This document shows, piece by piece, positions 1 to 49,819 of a stretch of 64,000 nt of DNA (position 1 is the first letter of the stretch; each line of letters opens with the position of its first letter). This DNA is from the human T2T-CHM13v2.0 reference genome, Homo sapiens. Made by a program: the position numbers and the translations under genes. The DNA is taken from the NCBI RefSeq assembly GCF_009914755.1, contig NC_060932.1. One strand, 5' to 3'. The notes below the pieces were generated by a model. The model made no database searches. It was not told where the DNA came from and worked only from the letters and a program-made list of their open reading frames with translations.

Positions 1-286
1 AGATCCACCTGCCTTGGCCTCCCAAAGTGCTGGGATTACAGGTGTGAGCCACTGGGCCCAGCCTGTGACTCATTCTTTTTATTTTTATTTTTTCAGTTAA
101 GCCCAGCTGTGCGAGCCTCATTCTTAATGAAAGAAAAACATCACTAAACAAGAGGAAAAGATGAAGCAGCAACACCATGAGGGAGGCTGGTGGCGGGAAA
201 GCAGCTGAGGGGCGGCTGCAGTAGTGCATGGCATCACCGCCTAGCGGAGGGACGCTCCAAGCACCTTCACAATTAAATGCATTGAT

Positions 287-760
<474 letters not shown>

Positions 761-2742
761 GCATTTATCCTTTGACCTAGAAATTCTCTTGGAATTTGCC
801 CCAAGAATGGTGTGCACATGTGAGAAACAGCATGTTACTGTCAGGTCAACTGTAAGAGCAAAAGCCTGCAACTGCCCACCCACTGGAGCTGTTGAGGCCG
901 AGCTGCCAGGCACTCTACGGGCACCAAGCACTGTACAAACCAGAGCCATGGCCTCCCTGACAGAACCATCCTGAGACAGCGCACGGCTGCCCCTTCTCTT
1001 AAGAAACCACCATTCAAAAACTCTGTGCGAGTTTGGATATGTCTAGAACATCCTGGAAAGAGACTTCAGCACTGGAAACAGTAGTTGCCTGGATGCAGCA
1101 ACAGGAGCCAGGAGGGAAGGGTAGGAGACTCGTTCCCTGGCACACCCCTCAGGAGCACCTGAGCATCCAAAGGTGCCCTAGAACACCACGTGCAGCTGCT
1201 CACTGAATGCCACGTAATTCTACACAGTCCTTAGAAAGGAGGCAGGGTCGTGTGCATGTCAATGCTAAAGGCCTGAGGGCAGAAAGCCAGAGGGAAGCCT
1301 GTGGCCCGGCCCTGCAGCCAGAAGCACGCCCACCCTGGGTCCACCCAGGCAGGTCCGGAGCCCTTGGCAGGTCGCGAGGTCTCCACAGGGGCCGCCAGCA
1401 GCTGACCCCCAGCAGTCACCGGGCTCCCCGCTACAAGGGCCTCCCACTGTGGGGCTCTCCGCAGGACGCCCCGGGCCGGTCTGGGTTGGTTTGGGGCACA
1501 CACTTGGAATCAGATTTATGGAGGAGGCTCTCTGAAGGTGACCCATCAGCCACATCGCTGCCAGGATGGCAGAGATGAACAAAAGCCGCAGCTCCCTCCC
1601 ATGCCAGTCACACAGCCCCTTCTTCACAGCACCATCGGGGCCGGGTATACCCACCAAGGGCTAGGCGGCCTGGGGAGTGAGGCCCTCGCCCTGCCTGACT
1701 TCGTGTGTCCCTGAGGTGTCCGTGACATGACACATGCATGCTGCCTGATGCCCAGCCCCATCCCGCCACTGTTCCAGTCTGATGTGATGCTGTGGCTGGG
1801 ATGTCCTTCAGACGCACGAGGCAGAGGCCACAGGGGCCACGTCTTGCCAACCACTGTGGAGGAAACAGCGACAGGAGGGAGTGGGGGGACAGGCAGAAGC
1901 ACGTGGCAGAAGAGAAATTAGCAAAAACATCATCTCGTCCTTCAGGGGCTGCCAGGCAGACATTACCCTCACTTACCAAGTAACCCACCGAGGCCCATGA
2001 ACCATCTGCAAGACCACACGAGTGGCCGTGGCCAGGACCACAGAATCCCAGGTGCGCCCACTGCAGGGCAAGGACACTTAGCAGCAGGAGAAGCTGCTGT
2101 GTCACTGTGGTGTGAATTCCCAGAACCAAGGGGCACTGATTCTAGAAGCCGCTCAACGGAAGGGTTCTTGGGTTGAGGACCCACAACCACTGGCAGGGGC
2201 ATCGGGGGCAGAATCCTCCAGATGGCTGTGGCGGGCGAGGGTGTCTGGCAGAGCCCCTGGTGGCCCGGCCCCGTGGACCCACGATGCGAGTGGGAGGTGG
2301 CAGAGATACAGGCGTAAGGAGCCCTGGACTGCCTTCGGGATGACACAGAAACAGGCCTAACCTGAGGCCACTAACTGGGCATGACGGGGCCATCTTGGCG
2401 GCACTCTGGGAGGCCTCACGTGGCCACGCTCATGGAAGCCAAGAGAACATGCAGGAGGCAGCACTGGGCTGCCGGCTGAGTTTCCACCTGCAGGGCTGCA
2501 CAATGGGAAAGGACTCCCACCATTCAAGAGGGGCGCGGAGGGCAGGCAGGAGGGAGTGGCCGCTCAGCAGGCCAAGGTGCCTGGGTGGCTTCTGATGAAC
2601 AGGGGGGAAAAGGGAGGGGTTCCCACTAAGAAGCTGAAAGCACCCCCACCTCATCAATTCATTCTCCTGACCTGGAAGAATTTAAACCCAGTCATGAGGA
2701 TCACACTTTAGAACTGAAAACACCCTGACAGGGCCCAAGGTG

Positions 2743-3132
2743 CCCCTCAGCTAAAGCACAGGACACGCGGGCAGATGCACGGGCGCCATGGCAGGGCAGG
2801 GCCTCAGCCCCTCAGCTAAAGCACAGGACATGCGGGCAGGTGCATGGGCGCCACGGCAGGGCAGGGCCTCGGCCCCTCAGCTAAAGCACAGGACACGCGG
2901 GCAGGTGCATGGGCGCCACGGCAGGGCAGGGCCTCGGCCCCCCAGCTAAAGCACAGGACACGCGGGCAGGTGCATGGGCGCCACGGCAGGGCAGGGCCTC
3001 GGCCCCCCAGCTAAAGCACAGGACACGCGGGCAGATGCACGGGCGCCATGGCAGGGCAGGGCCTCGGCCCCTCAGCTAAAGCACAGGACATGCGGGCAGG
3101 TGCATGAGCGCCACAACAGGGCAGGGCCTCAG
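2743..3132. repeat. 65-bp minisatellite, 6 copies, in BOP1 intron 2
   Basis: CTAAAGCACAGGAC recurs at 2751, 2816, 2881, 2946, 3011 and 3076. Confidence 0.95.
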
Positions 3133-3425
3133 GCAGGGACTTGGGCAGCCAGCAGCGTGGGGAACTCTGAGGACCGCCCCACCAGCCCGGCCGGCCTTGC
3201 CACCTCAGGCCCTGCTGGATGACGGAGCACACAGACCACAGACAGCGGTACTTTGGGAAACATCCTGCATGGGGCAGCCAGTTACGCAGTCACAGAAACC
3301 CGAGCAGGGCAATGGGCAGGACAAGCACACACTCAGCAGTGCAGAGGACCTGGTGCTCCAGGGGCCAGGAGACAAGCAGCGAGAAGAGAAGATGGCGCCT
3401 CCCTAGACTCCGCAGACACCTCTAG

Positions 3426-4115
<690 letters not shown>

Positions 4116-4397
4116 CAGTATTGTATCATTTTAAAAACTCAAGAAGGGGTAACGTAGTTGTCCATAATCTTACAAACCACTGCCAACACAGCACATCATT
4201 TTTTCTCTGTGTATGTTAGTGGTATAATTAAAGCCTGAATTAAGTGTGATTTTAAATCTTTTCTTCCCAGCAAACAAGCCAACCCAACACAGCTAGCACA
4301 CAATGAACAAGCCATGGTTCCTTGGCTTCTATCACGGGGACCTCTGCCAAGGCCGTAACTTCCAGAACACCGAAACTACTGGGAGAGTAAATCCTTA

Positions 4398-5005
<608 letters not shown>

Positions 5006-5545
5006 CAAATGCTGTGTTTTAGTTAAATTATGCTTTTCTCCTGTTGTTCTCAATAAGAGTAGGGTGCATCCTCCCCCACCATCGCTGCAACAGGTACAAT
5101 GTTAAACCCTCTACCCGTCGGCTGCTCAGGCCCCTGAAGCCCTGTGGGGTCAGGCCCAGCTGGGTTCCGTTGGGGCCCCCATGCCGCCTGCTTGAGCCCT
5201 GCCATGCTGCTCAGCTCCCTCCTCAGCTGGGTCCTGCCACTGGATTCCAAGCAGTAAAATCCCCACCTCAAGGAAACCCAACCTGTTGCCAGGAGGGTTG
5301 CCCGAGCATCGTCTGACGGGGAAGGGCCTAGGCATGTGGATTTTCAGAGTTCCTGGGAACGGCACGCAACTGGGGATGGAAACCAGCGTCCTAGAGCCCA
5401 AGCGTGCCCCAGGTGCAGTGAAGGAGGGACGCCGGCCTTGGGGTTCTGAGGGACGGTGGAGAAGGCAGTACAGTGGCAGTCTCAGAAAGCCCAAGGCCAC
5501 CTGCACATGGGGGACAGCCCTCGAGGGGGCTCCTCGCTCACCCAC

Positions 5546-7822
<2,277 letters not shown>

Positions 7823-8209
7823 GCCCCACCGCGCGCCGGCCGCCACCCGCACAGCCGCTTCCGACAGCGACCGGGCCGCGTGCGCAGGAGGACGCGCCCC
7901 GCCCAGCCCGGCCCCGATTGGCGGGTGGAGGGAAGGGGGTGGGACCAACACGCGCAGGCGCGCGGCTGGGCCGGGGACCAGGGCGGGGTCGGGGCCTGCG
8001 TGCTCGCGCCGGGGGTGACGCGGGAGGGCGGCAGCGGCGGCGGCGGGAGCGCGCCCGTTGCAAGATGGCGGCGGCCATGCTGGGCCCCGGGGCTGTGTGT
8101 GCGCAGCGGGCGGCGGCGCGGCCCGGAAGGCTGGCGCGGCGACGGCGTTAGCCCGGCCCTCGGCCCCTCTTTGCGGCCGCTCCCTCCGCCTATTCCCTCC
8201 TTGCTCGAG
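7823..8209. promoter_or_regulatory. CpG-island bidirectional promoter and 5'UTRs of BOP1 and HSF1
   Basis: Divergent ATGs 388 bp apart; very high CpG density (about 7480-8700); GC boxes, inverted CCAAT (ATTGG ~7917), NRF1-like CGCGCAGGCGCG (7951-7962), YY1/TISU CAAGATGGCGGC (8061-8072), ETS-type CCGGAAG (~8123). Confidence 0.9.
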
Positions 8210-30965
<22,756 letters not shown>

Positions 30966-31333
30966 AGGCCCCGGAGGAGCTGGGCCAGCCGCCCACCCCC
31001 ACCCCCAGTGCAGGGCTGGTCTTGGGGAGGCAGGGCAGCCTCGCGGTCTTGGGCACTGGTGGGTCGGCCGCCATAGCCCCAGTAGGACAAACGGGCTCGG
31101 GTCTGGGCAGCACCTCTGGTCAGGAGGGTCACCCTGGCCTGCCAGTCTGCCTTCCCCCAACCCCGTGTCCTGTGGTTTGGTTGGGGCTTCACAGCCACAC
31201 CTGGACTGACCCTGCAGGTTGTTCATAGTCAGAATTGTATTTTGGATTTTTACACAACTGTCCCGTTCCCCGCTCCACAGAGATACACAGATATATACAC
31301 ACAGTGGATGGACGGACAAGACAGGCAGAGATC

Positions 31334-31380
31334 TATAAACAGACAGGCTCTATGCTATGGCCTCCATGTGTTTCCTCTGT
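31334..31380 (+). terminator. Probable HSF1 poly(A) site: variant hexamer TATAAA plus downstream GU-rich element
   Basis: TATAAA at 31334-31339 and TGTGTTTCCTCTGT at 31367-31380, about 370 nt after the stop; no plus-strand AATAAA nearby. Confidence 0.65.
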
Positions 31381-31529
31381 CCCAGGGTGGTGCGGTGGGT
31401 GGTGCTGCAATGAGGAGGGGCCCAGGGCACAGAAGGGCCGGGCTGCAGTGGCCTCCTGGGGGAAGACGGATGCTTGCAGCTAGCTCCGTGCCTGCCCGAC
31501 TCCCCAGGACCAGCATGTGCTTGCAGTTC

Positions 31530-31535
31530 TTTATT
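31530..31535 (-). terminator. Candidate distal DGAT1 poly(A) signal AATAAA
   Basis: TTTATT on the plus strand, 1.65 kb past the DGAT1 stop. Confidence 0.45.
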
Positions 31536-32939
31536 GAGGGACCAGGGGTGGGCGCCTCACCTTGGCCCTGGGGGTCTCTGGTTGTCACAGGACCACCAGG
31601 AACCCCCTTCCCAAGGTGTTCGCACTCGGACAGGTGATGCGGGGCGGGCACACTGTCTTTCTGCCAGAGCCAGCACCCTGTGTAGGCACGGGGAACGGGA
31701 GCCTGTCCCGTAGCTTTAGGGTTCTCCACTCAGCCTGGTGGAGGAAGGGAAGGGGGCCTGCGCTGGGCAGTGGAGCAGGCTTTGCTGCTTTATCTGGCAG
31801 CAACAGTTTGTTCTCGAGCTCCACTGGCCAACTGATAGGGAGAGGCACAGGAGCCCATGTGGGATGGAGGAGTCGGCCCCACACCCATTCCCCCACCAGG
31901 AGCTCACCCACTACTGCCATCCTCAGCAGGGCCCAAGGAGATGCCTCCATCTCAGGGCCCACCAGCCCCCACTGGGGTAGAGGGAGGATACCACCAAGGG
32001 AGCCCACCCTCCCCTCACACCACCAGTTCAGCAGGTTGCTGATGAGGCCCCTGGTGCAGTCCTGGGACCCTGTGCAGGGCCTCCTCAAACACCTGCCTTG
32101 TTGGGCCATAGCTGCAGGTCTGGGGACACCAGGGCCTGGTCCAGTCTTGGGGTCTTTAATCAAGCAGTCACCCCAGCAAGGTAAGGCAGCAGCAGGGCCC
32201 TGGGGTTACCCCTGACCTCCCGCTACCATCAAGGGGGGCCCCATCTATCCAGCTTGGTGGATTGCAGGGCCTGGGAACAAGGTGTCCTGAAGGCTGCAGG
32301 GCTGCGCTGTCTGCACTGCCCAGCCTGGTGCCAGAAGAGCAGAGGGCAAGGCAGGCCTGGGGATCAGGGGTGCCCCAACCTCGTGGAGGGCAGCTGAGAG
32401 CCACCAGCCCACCTGGCTGCCCAGGTTCCAAGTGAAGGAAAGAGGCTGCCAAACCGAGCCCTGCCCCAAGGCGAATAGCCATGGACATAGCCATTGTGTA
32501 CCGTAGCCCCTCGGCTCACCAGACCCACACCAGAAAGGCCCTGTGGACTGCCCATCCCTGGGCCATCCTGGCTGGAGCCCACTTCCCGCAAACCCAGGGC
32601 CGACCTCTTCCCAAGCTGAAGCTGAGCACGGTGGGTGCAAGTTGACCATCCTGCACTGAGGGCCAGAGTGCCGATTCCCGCACACCCAGCAGGAGTAGCA
32701 CCAGGAGAGGACGCCTGAGCTGAGCTTTTCTAGGTAGGGGAGTGTGGGGAATGGGGGCGTCTGCCTGGCCTTGCACTCCCCCTACCGGCCATGCCCGCCC
32801 TGCTGCAGTGGAGCTGCTGCTCCCCGGCAGGTCCTGGGACAGCTGTCCACACAGCTCTGGCACTCGCCCTTGTGGGTGTGGCCATACCCCCCACCAGGCC
32901 CCAGGCCCCTGGCAGGCTGAAGAGGTCACTGGACAGCAC

Positions 32940-32945
32940 TTTATT
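32940..32945 (-). terminator. DGAT1 proximal poly(A) signal AATAAA
   Basis: TTTATT on the plus strand, about 245 nt past the DGAT1 stop; GU-rich minus-strand sequence further downstream. Confidence 0.75.
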
Positions 32946-33188
32946 GACACCCTCGGACCCGGGGCAGGGTCAGCAAGACTCCCAGCTGGCATCAGACTGT
33001 GTCTGGCCTGCTGTCGCCATCCCTGAGGGGTGCAGGACAGAGCCCCATAGGGGCAGAGAGGCCTCCCTGGGACCAGAGGAGGATGCTGTGCAGCCAGGCC
33101 CATCCCCAGCACTCGAGGCCTAGGAGGAGAGGTGGGCTCTGGCAGCGGGTGTGAGGTGGCAGTGAGAAGCCAGGCCCTCAGGTGCAGC

Positions 33189-44855
<11,667 letters not shown>

Positions 44856-47216
44856 TAAATGAAGCAACTAATCAACTGTAACAGCCACAGTTGCGGCCCA
44901 CCTTGGCTTGGTGTGCATATTGCACAGGGCATGGAGTGAGAACATCCTGGATCTCAGGATGCCAGGGTTCACTGAGGACTCTGACTCTAGAAACACCTTC
45001 ATTCCTCTGGGGTGAGCAGGGGCAAGCAGCACTTCTCTGGAAGCAAACAGGTGCTCCTCCTGAGGTGGGGTCCTCTCCCGTGGGCTGGTCACAGCCTCGC
45101 CTCTGAGCTCCGTCCTCTTCCACCACCTCCACCAACAGTGGCCAGCAGGGCTGCCCCCTTGGTTGCCCCCCTGGTGACATATTCTTGTCACCACAGGCCG
45201 CTGTGGGTTGCTGCCAACCAGGTATCAGGCAGGCTGGAGCTACCTGGCAGATGCCCTTTGTGTAGCCTGCCGAGTGGGGCCGCCCTCACTGGACCCAAGA
45301 GCCCCTCACACATGGGCCTTGGTCGGTCAGGACCAGCCCCATCTCCTACCCAGTCTCTCAGAATATTCATTTGTTGAATGCAGTCGCTGGCAGACACACT
45401 CTGTGGCCAGGTAGGCCCAGACCTGTCTGAGTATGGACTGACAGCAAGCTCAGAGAGGTCTGGACCTGGCCACGGAGCACCTCATGCTAGGCAGAGGAGA
45501 TCAACGACTCAACCTGTGGTCGCGTCCCAACTCAAAGCCGGCAAGTGGCCACAGGAGAAAGACAATGGGAGGGTGGACTGGACCACCAGGGAGGATGGGT
45601 CGGGCCTGGTGAGCAGAGCCAGGCTTGGAGCCAATGGGGAAAGCACTGGCTGTGGGCGGGCCATTAAGGAAGGGCTTTGCCACCGGGGGTGGGGGCGTGG
45701 CGGGGCAGCAGCTCCAGAGGTGGGTGAAGCCCTGCCCAGACAGGCCCTATACCCTGGGATCTAGGGTGAGGGGAATGGTCAGGGTAGGTGAGGTTGGTTG
45801 GGGACAAGGGTGTGTATGGCTGGGTCATCGAGGAAAGCATGATGCAGATCACCCTGCTGGGGGCAGCAACAAATGAGGGGGCCCAAGCCCGAAGCGAGTT
45901 GCCTTCCAGGGCTAGTGGAATAAAGGGCTGGAAGTGGGTTGGGGCCTCAGGCTGATCCCAGGGCCTAGGGGCCATGGGTGGGCCAAGAAGGCCTGTGAGA
46001 AGCAAGGGTCCCAGGAGAGTTCACAGCCAGTGGTGGTCTATGGCCTGTGCTGCTCATTCAGAGGGAAACTTGTGTCTGTGGCTGGGAGGAACTGGGGGGT
46101 CGAGCTCATCCCAGGCCTCAGGGAGGCCACCTCCATCCTTCCACCCACTCTACGCATCAGAATCCTGGAGAAGTAGAAACAGCCAGTCGCTGTTGGAGTC
46201 CTTTGGAAGGAGTGAGGCTAGGAGCCTTCCTCCTGGCCATTGCTGTCTGCCATTGTCATTGCTGGTAGTGCTCTCCCAAAGAGAGCACCCACCTGCACCA
46301 CAGCTCCTCCAAGTGCCAGGCACACAGGCCATGACATGCTGCAGACCTGGTTCCCCTGCTCTCCACCCTAGTGGAGTCTGGGCAGGTCTGTCCCCTGTCC
46401 CTGCTAGGGTGTGGGCAGCTTTGCTGGCCCTGGATCTAGGACTGACCTGGTTTGAATGTATGTGCCCGAAGACTTTGGGCCTCTCGGCTCATGCCTGCCT
46501 ACCTGGTTACCAGGGGACATTGCTGGGCAAAGGGTCCCTGTCCCTTATCTCCTCCACTACTCATTCTGTCTAGAGCCCTTGGGCGATGGTTGCAGAAGCC
46601 TCTCTGCTCCCTGGGCACCTCCTCCCTGGAACCGGTCCAACCCAGCTATCCATGGAGGCATCCGCAGACACTGGGGGAGCATATCTGGGAAGCCTGGGGG
46701 TCAGAATGTGGGCAGCAGGCCACAGGAAAAGGGCCAGACCTCGAACTCTCCACTGTCCCCATTTCCTGCAACAGCATCTCAGAGGGCTTGAGGTGGCTAT
46801 CAGGCCTTCCATCACAGCATAAAGCTCCTTCAGGGAGAGAAGAGCGAAGGCACCCAGGCTGGGGAACAGCAGCTCCTACTATACCTACCCTGCCCACTCT
46901 GGTCCAACCGTGGGCTTGGCCTGACTTTAGACTGGAACCCCTTAGTGCTCCTGTTCCTGGTGTGGAGCAGATCCACCTACCCCAGGGGAAATGCCAACTA
47001 CTTTGCCTTCAGACCTGATGCTCCTGTGGTTGGGCCTGCCAAGCCTGTCCTCCCCAGTGGAAGAAGAGGGCCGTCTTGTGAAAGGCCTCAGGCTGACCCT
47101 TGCAGCACCAGCCTCTGAGGTACTGCCAGACTGGGAAGACCCTCCCAGCCACCCAACAGCGTGGGCCCAGCCCAGGACACATCAGCCCGACACTCCAAAT
47201 TCTATCAAGAGTGGCA

Positions 47217-47222
47217 TTTATT
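47217..47222 (-). terminator. SCRT1 poly(A) signal AATAAA
   Basis: TTTATT on the plus strand, with GU-rich minus-strand sequence downstream (GTGTC...TGTGTCC). Confidence 0.7.
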
Positions 47223-48207
47223 CTCCTTGTGGAGGTGCGGTGCTCCGGGGAGCTGGTGCTATTGTGCTTAGGAAGGAGGTCTGTCCGTCCGTCCGTCTGT
47301 CCGGCCGGCCTGGCCCCAAATGGGGGCGGAAGAGGGGCACGGCCCGAGTAAAAATCCCGGCCTATTCCGGGTGGGAATATGTACAAGGCGGCGGGGCACA
47401 GGCGGGGGTGGGGGCGGGCGGGCCGGCGGCCGCAGCCCCCACCCGAGGGCCCCCGCACCTCGGGCCCTACTTGTAGAATCAGTACAAAATAGGTGCTACC
47501 TAAACGTTCCTTCTACCTGAATTCGCTAAGTCGGTTATTGTGCTGCTTAGTTATGGGGGCGGGAGGGGGCCCATGGCTTTCCACGGCGGCGGGGTGTAGG
47601 GGGAAGCAGGAGACCCTGACGGGCCCACAGCCCTCCAGCTTTCTCCTTAGGTAGGTAGACAGGAGTATGGGGTGGGGTGAGGTGGGGGCGCCTGTGTGTG
47701 CGTGTGCATGCGGCACAGGTGGGCAGGCCCCAGCTTGGGAGCTGTGCAGGCACCACACCTGGTTGTGTAGGGTGTTTGGATGTGGGCACTGCTGTGCAGA
47801 GCGGTGGGTCATCCTTGTGGGGGCAGCCACGCTTGCTGCTGGGGGTGAGGCTGGCCACACCATAGGCTACAGCTGGCACCTTCTTCTCCAGCCATGGCTC
47901 TGCCCCTGGCTGGACATGGCAGATGTGTGTTGGCCAGAGGATCAGAGAAGTGGCCACCTGTGTGGGGGCCCAGGAGCCCTGGATCTGTCCCCCTCAGCTG
48001 GAGTCAAAAGGCCTAACTCAAAGGTAGAGCCCAGTTGTGCCCAGCAGGGACTGGTTGAGGTGGGGAGGAGTGTAGGGGGCATGTGAACCTAGGGACCTGG
48101 TCTCTCTGCATCTGCCGTTCTTCCCTGGCCCACCCAAGCCGGTTGGACCCCTGTCCTGCAAACACACCTCCCAGCAGGTGGCTGCGCTCCTGGCGGACTC
48201 AGCAATT

Positions 48208-48250
48208 GGCCTGGCACATAGTAGGTGCTCAATGAACGGTCAGTGAATGA
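48208..48250 (+). mobile_element. L2/MIR 3'-end remnant in the SCRT1 3'UTR
   Basis: CCTGGCACATAGTAGGTGCTCAAT...TGAATGA is the typical L2 terminus. Confidence 0.65.
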
Positions 48251-49819
48251 TTAATGCCTGAAGGAGGGGTCTTGGGGGCAACCACCCCACCCCCGCCCAT
48301 GGAACCATTACAGCCGCCGGGCTCTGCCGTGGGGGTCGGGGAGGGGTGGGGAGAAAGTCTGCGCGGCCGGCCCCGCGCAGCGTCCCTGATCTAGGGGCCT
48401 ATGGGGTGGGTAGGGCGAGGGGATACCTGATTCTCAGTAACTCTAGAGGCGGCGGCAGCTTCGCATGCAGTGCGCATTATTGCTCTATAGTCGGCTTCGG
48501 ACTACCTAAGAGGGAGGGGGAGCGGGCAGCCCCGGGTAGGATCGGGAGGAGGGGTGGGGCTGCATGCAGTGACGTCACAAAGGCGGCGGCCAATGGGGCG
48601 GGCCCTTGGGGCGGGGTCGCCGCCGAGGCTTTGGCATAGACGGGCGAAAGTTGGCAACCGAGTGGGGGCGGGGCCTGGGTCTCGGGGGCGGGGCCTGGGT
48701 CTCAGGGGAGGGGCCTGCCTCGGAGAGGCGGGGCCTGAGGCTCCCTAGAGGCTCCCAGCTAGGGGCGGGCCTCGGGGCGTGGAAAGTAATCCCGGACATC
48801 CCAGGCCCCCGGCGTCGGCGGGCAAGATGGGGGTTCAGCGCCCCCTCCCTGACCCGAGTGCAATCCGTTCATAAATAAAACGTACAAATACAGAAAAAGA
48901 AACCCGACGCGTCCGCAACCCCCCCAGGGGGCTTTACCCGCAAAGCGAAGACAGAGGTGTGTAGAGGGCAGCGCCCAGGCCTGCCTGCCGGCCCCGGGAA
49001 TCCGTCCTCCAACACGAATGCCTGGGGTACGGGGGGGGGGGGTGGGGGCCCGGGGCAGGGCGGAAGCGGGGTCTGAGGAGGTCGGATAAGTCCATGCGAT
49101 TCGATATGTGTCATTATTATTCGATATGGAGGACAGAGCCCGGGAAGCTGGGCTGGAAGAATTCGGATTTGGCAGAGGATGCGAGGCGAGGGTAGGAGGG
49201 CGGCTCCGACTGAGGCCCCAGAAGCAACCCGAGGGAGGGGGTGCCGCCGTCCGCCCCTCTCCCCGACCCACAACGCGTCTAACACTGCCGGGAGTTCCGC
49301 GAAGGCTGCTAGGCAGGGGCGTCCCTGCAGGCCCGCCCGCTCCTGCTCCGCCCCGGCCTGCTGCCGGGGAGGGGCCGGCTCCCTGGACGTCTGGGCCGCA
49401 GGCCCTGCGCTAGAAGGCTTGGGAAGGGGTGGGGAAGACCTGAGTCCCTGCGACGCGATCCAGGGGCGCAGAGGCGGGAGAAGAAGGGCGCTCCCTACCT
49501 CACCTCACCCCCGTCTTCAGAGACCCAACTCGGAGATGAGGTTCGGTTCTAGGTCTCGTCGACCCTATTGCTGGGAGAAAGCCGGGGGCACCCTGGAGGG
49601 GAGGGGAGGGGGCTCGGGGTGGGTCTCCCCTCGGGACCCTATTGCTTGAAGGGGCCGGCAAGGCCCCTGGCGGGCGGGGCGGGGTGGGACCGGGCCCCCC
49701 TCCCCCTATTGCTGTGAGGAGGGGCCCGCCCTCCGGCCCCTCCACCCGGACGCCAGCGAAGACTTCCCTGGGGGGCCGTATTGCTGAGAGCCGACCTGGC
49801 TGGGGGAGGCCCCGCCGCC

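Larger units (their letters stand above)
47200..49819 (-). other. SCRT1: SCRT1 long 3'UTR (about 2.6 kb)
   Basis: First minus-strand AATAAA I found after the stop is at 47222-47217; the region contains a Pumilio element TGTACATA (47385-47378), U-rich blocks and miR-137 seed matches. Confidence 0.7.

Noticed and set aside
2743-3132. Regular repeat superficially like a CRISPR array
   Set aside because: Units are contiguous with no unique spacers, no cas genes are present and the context is human: an ordinary minisatellite
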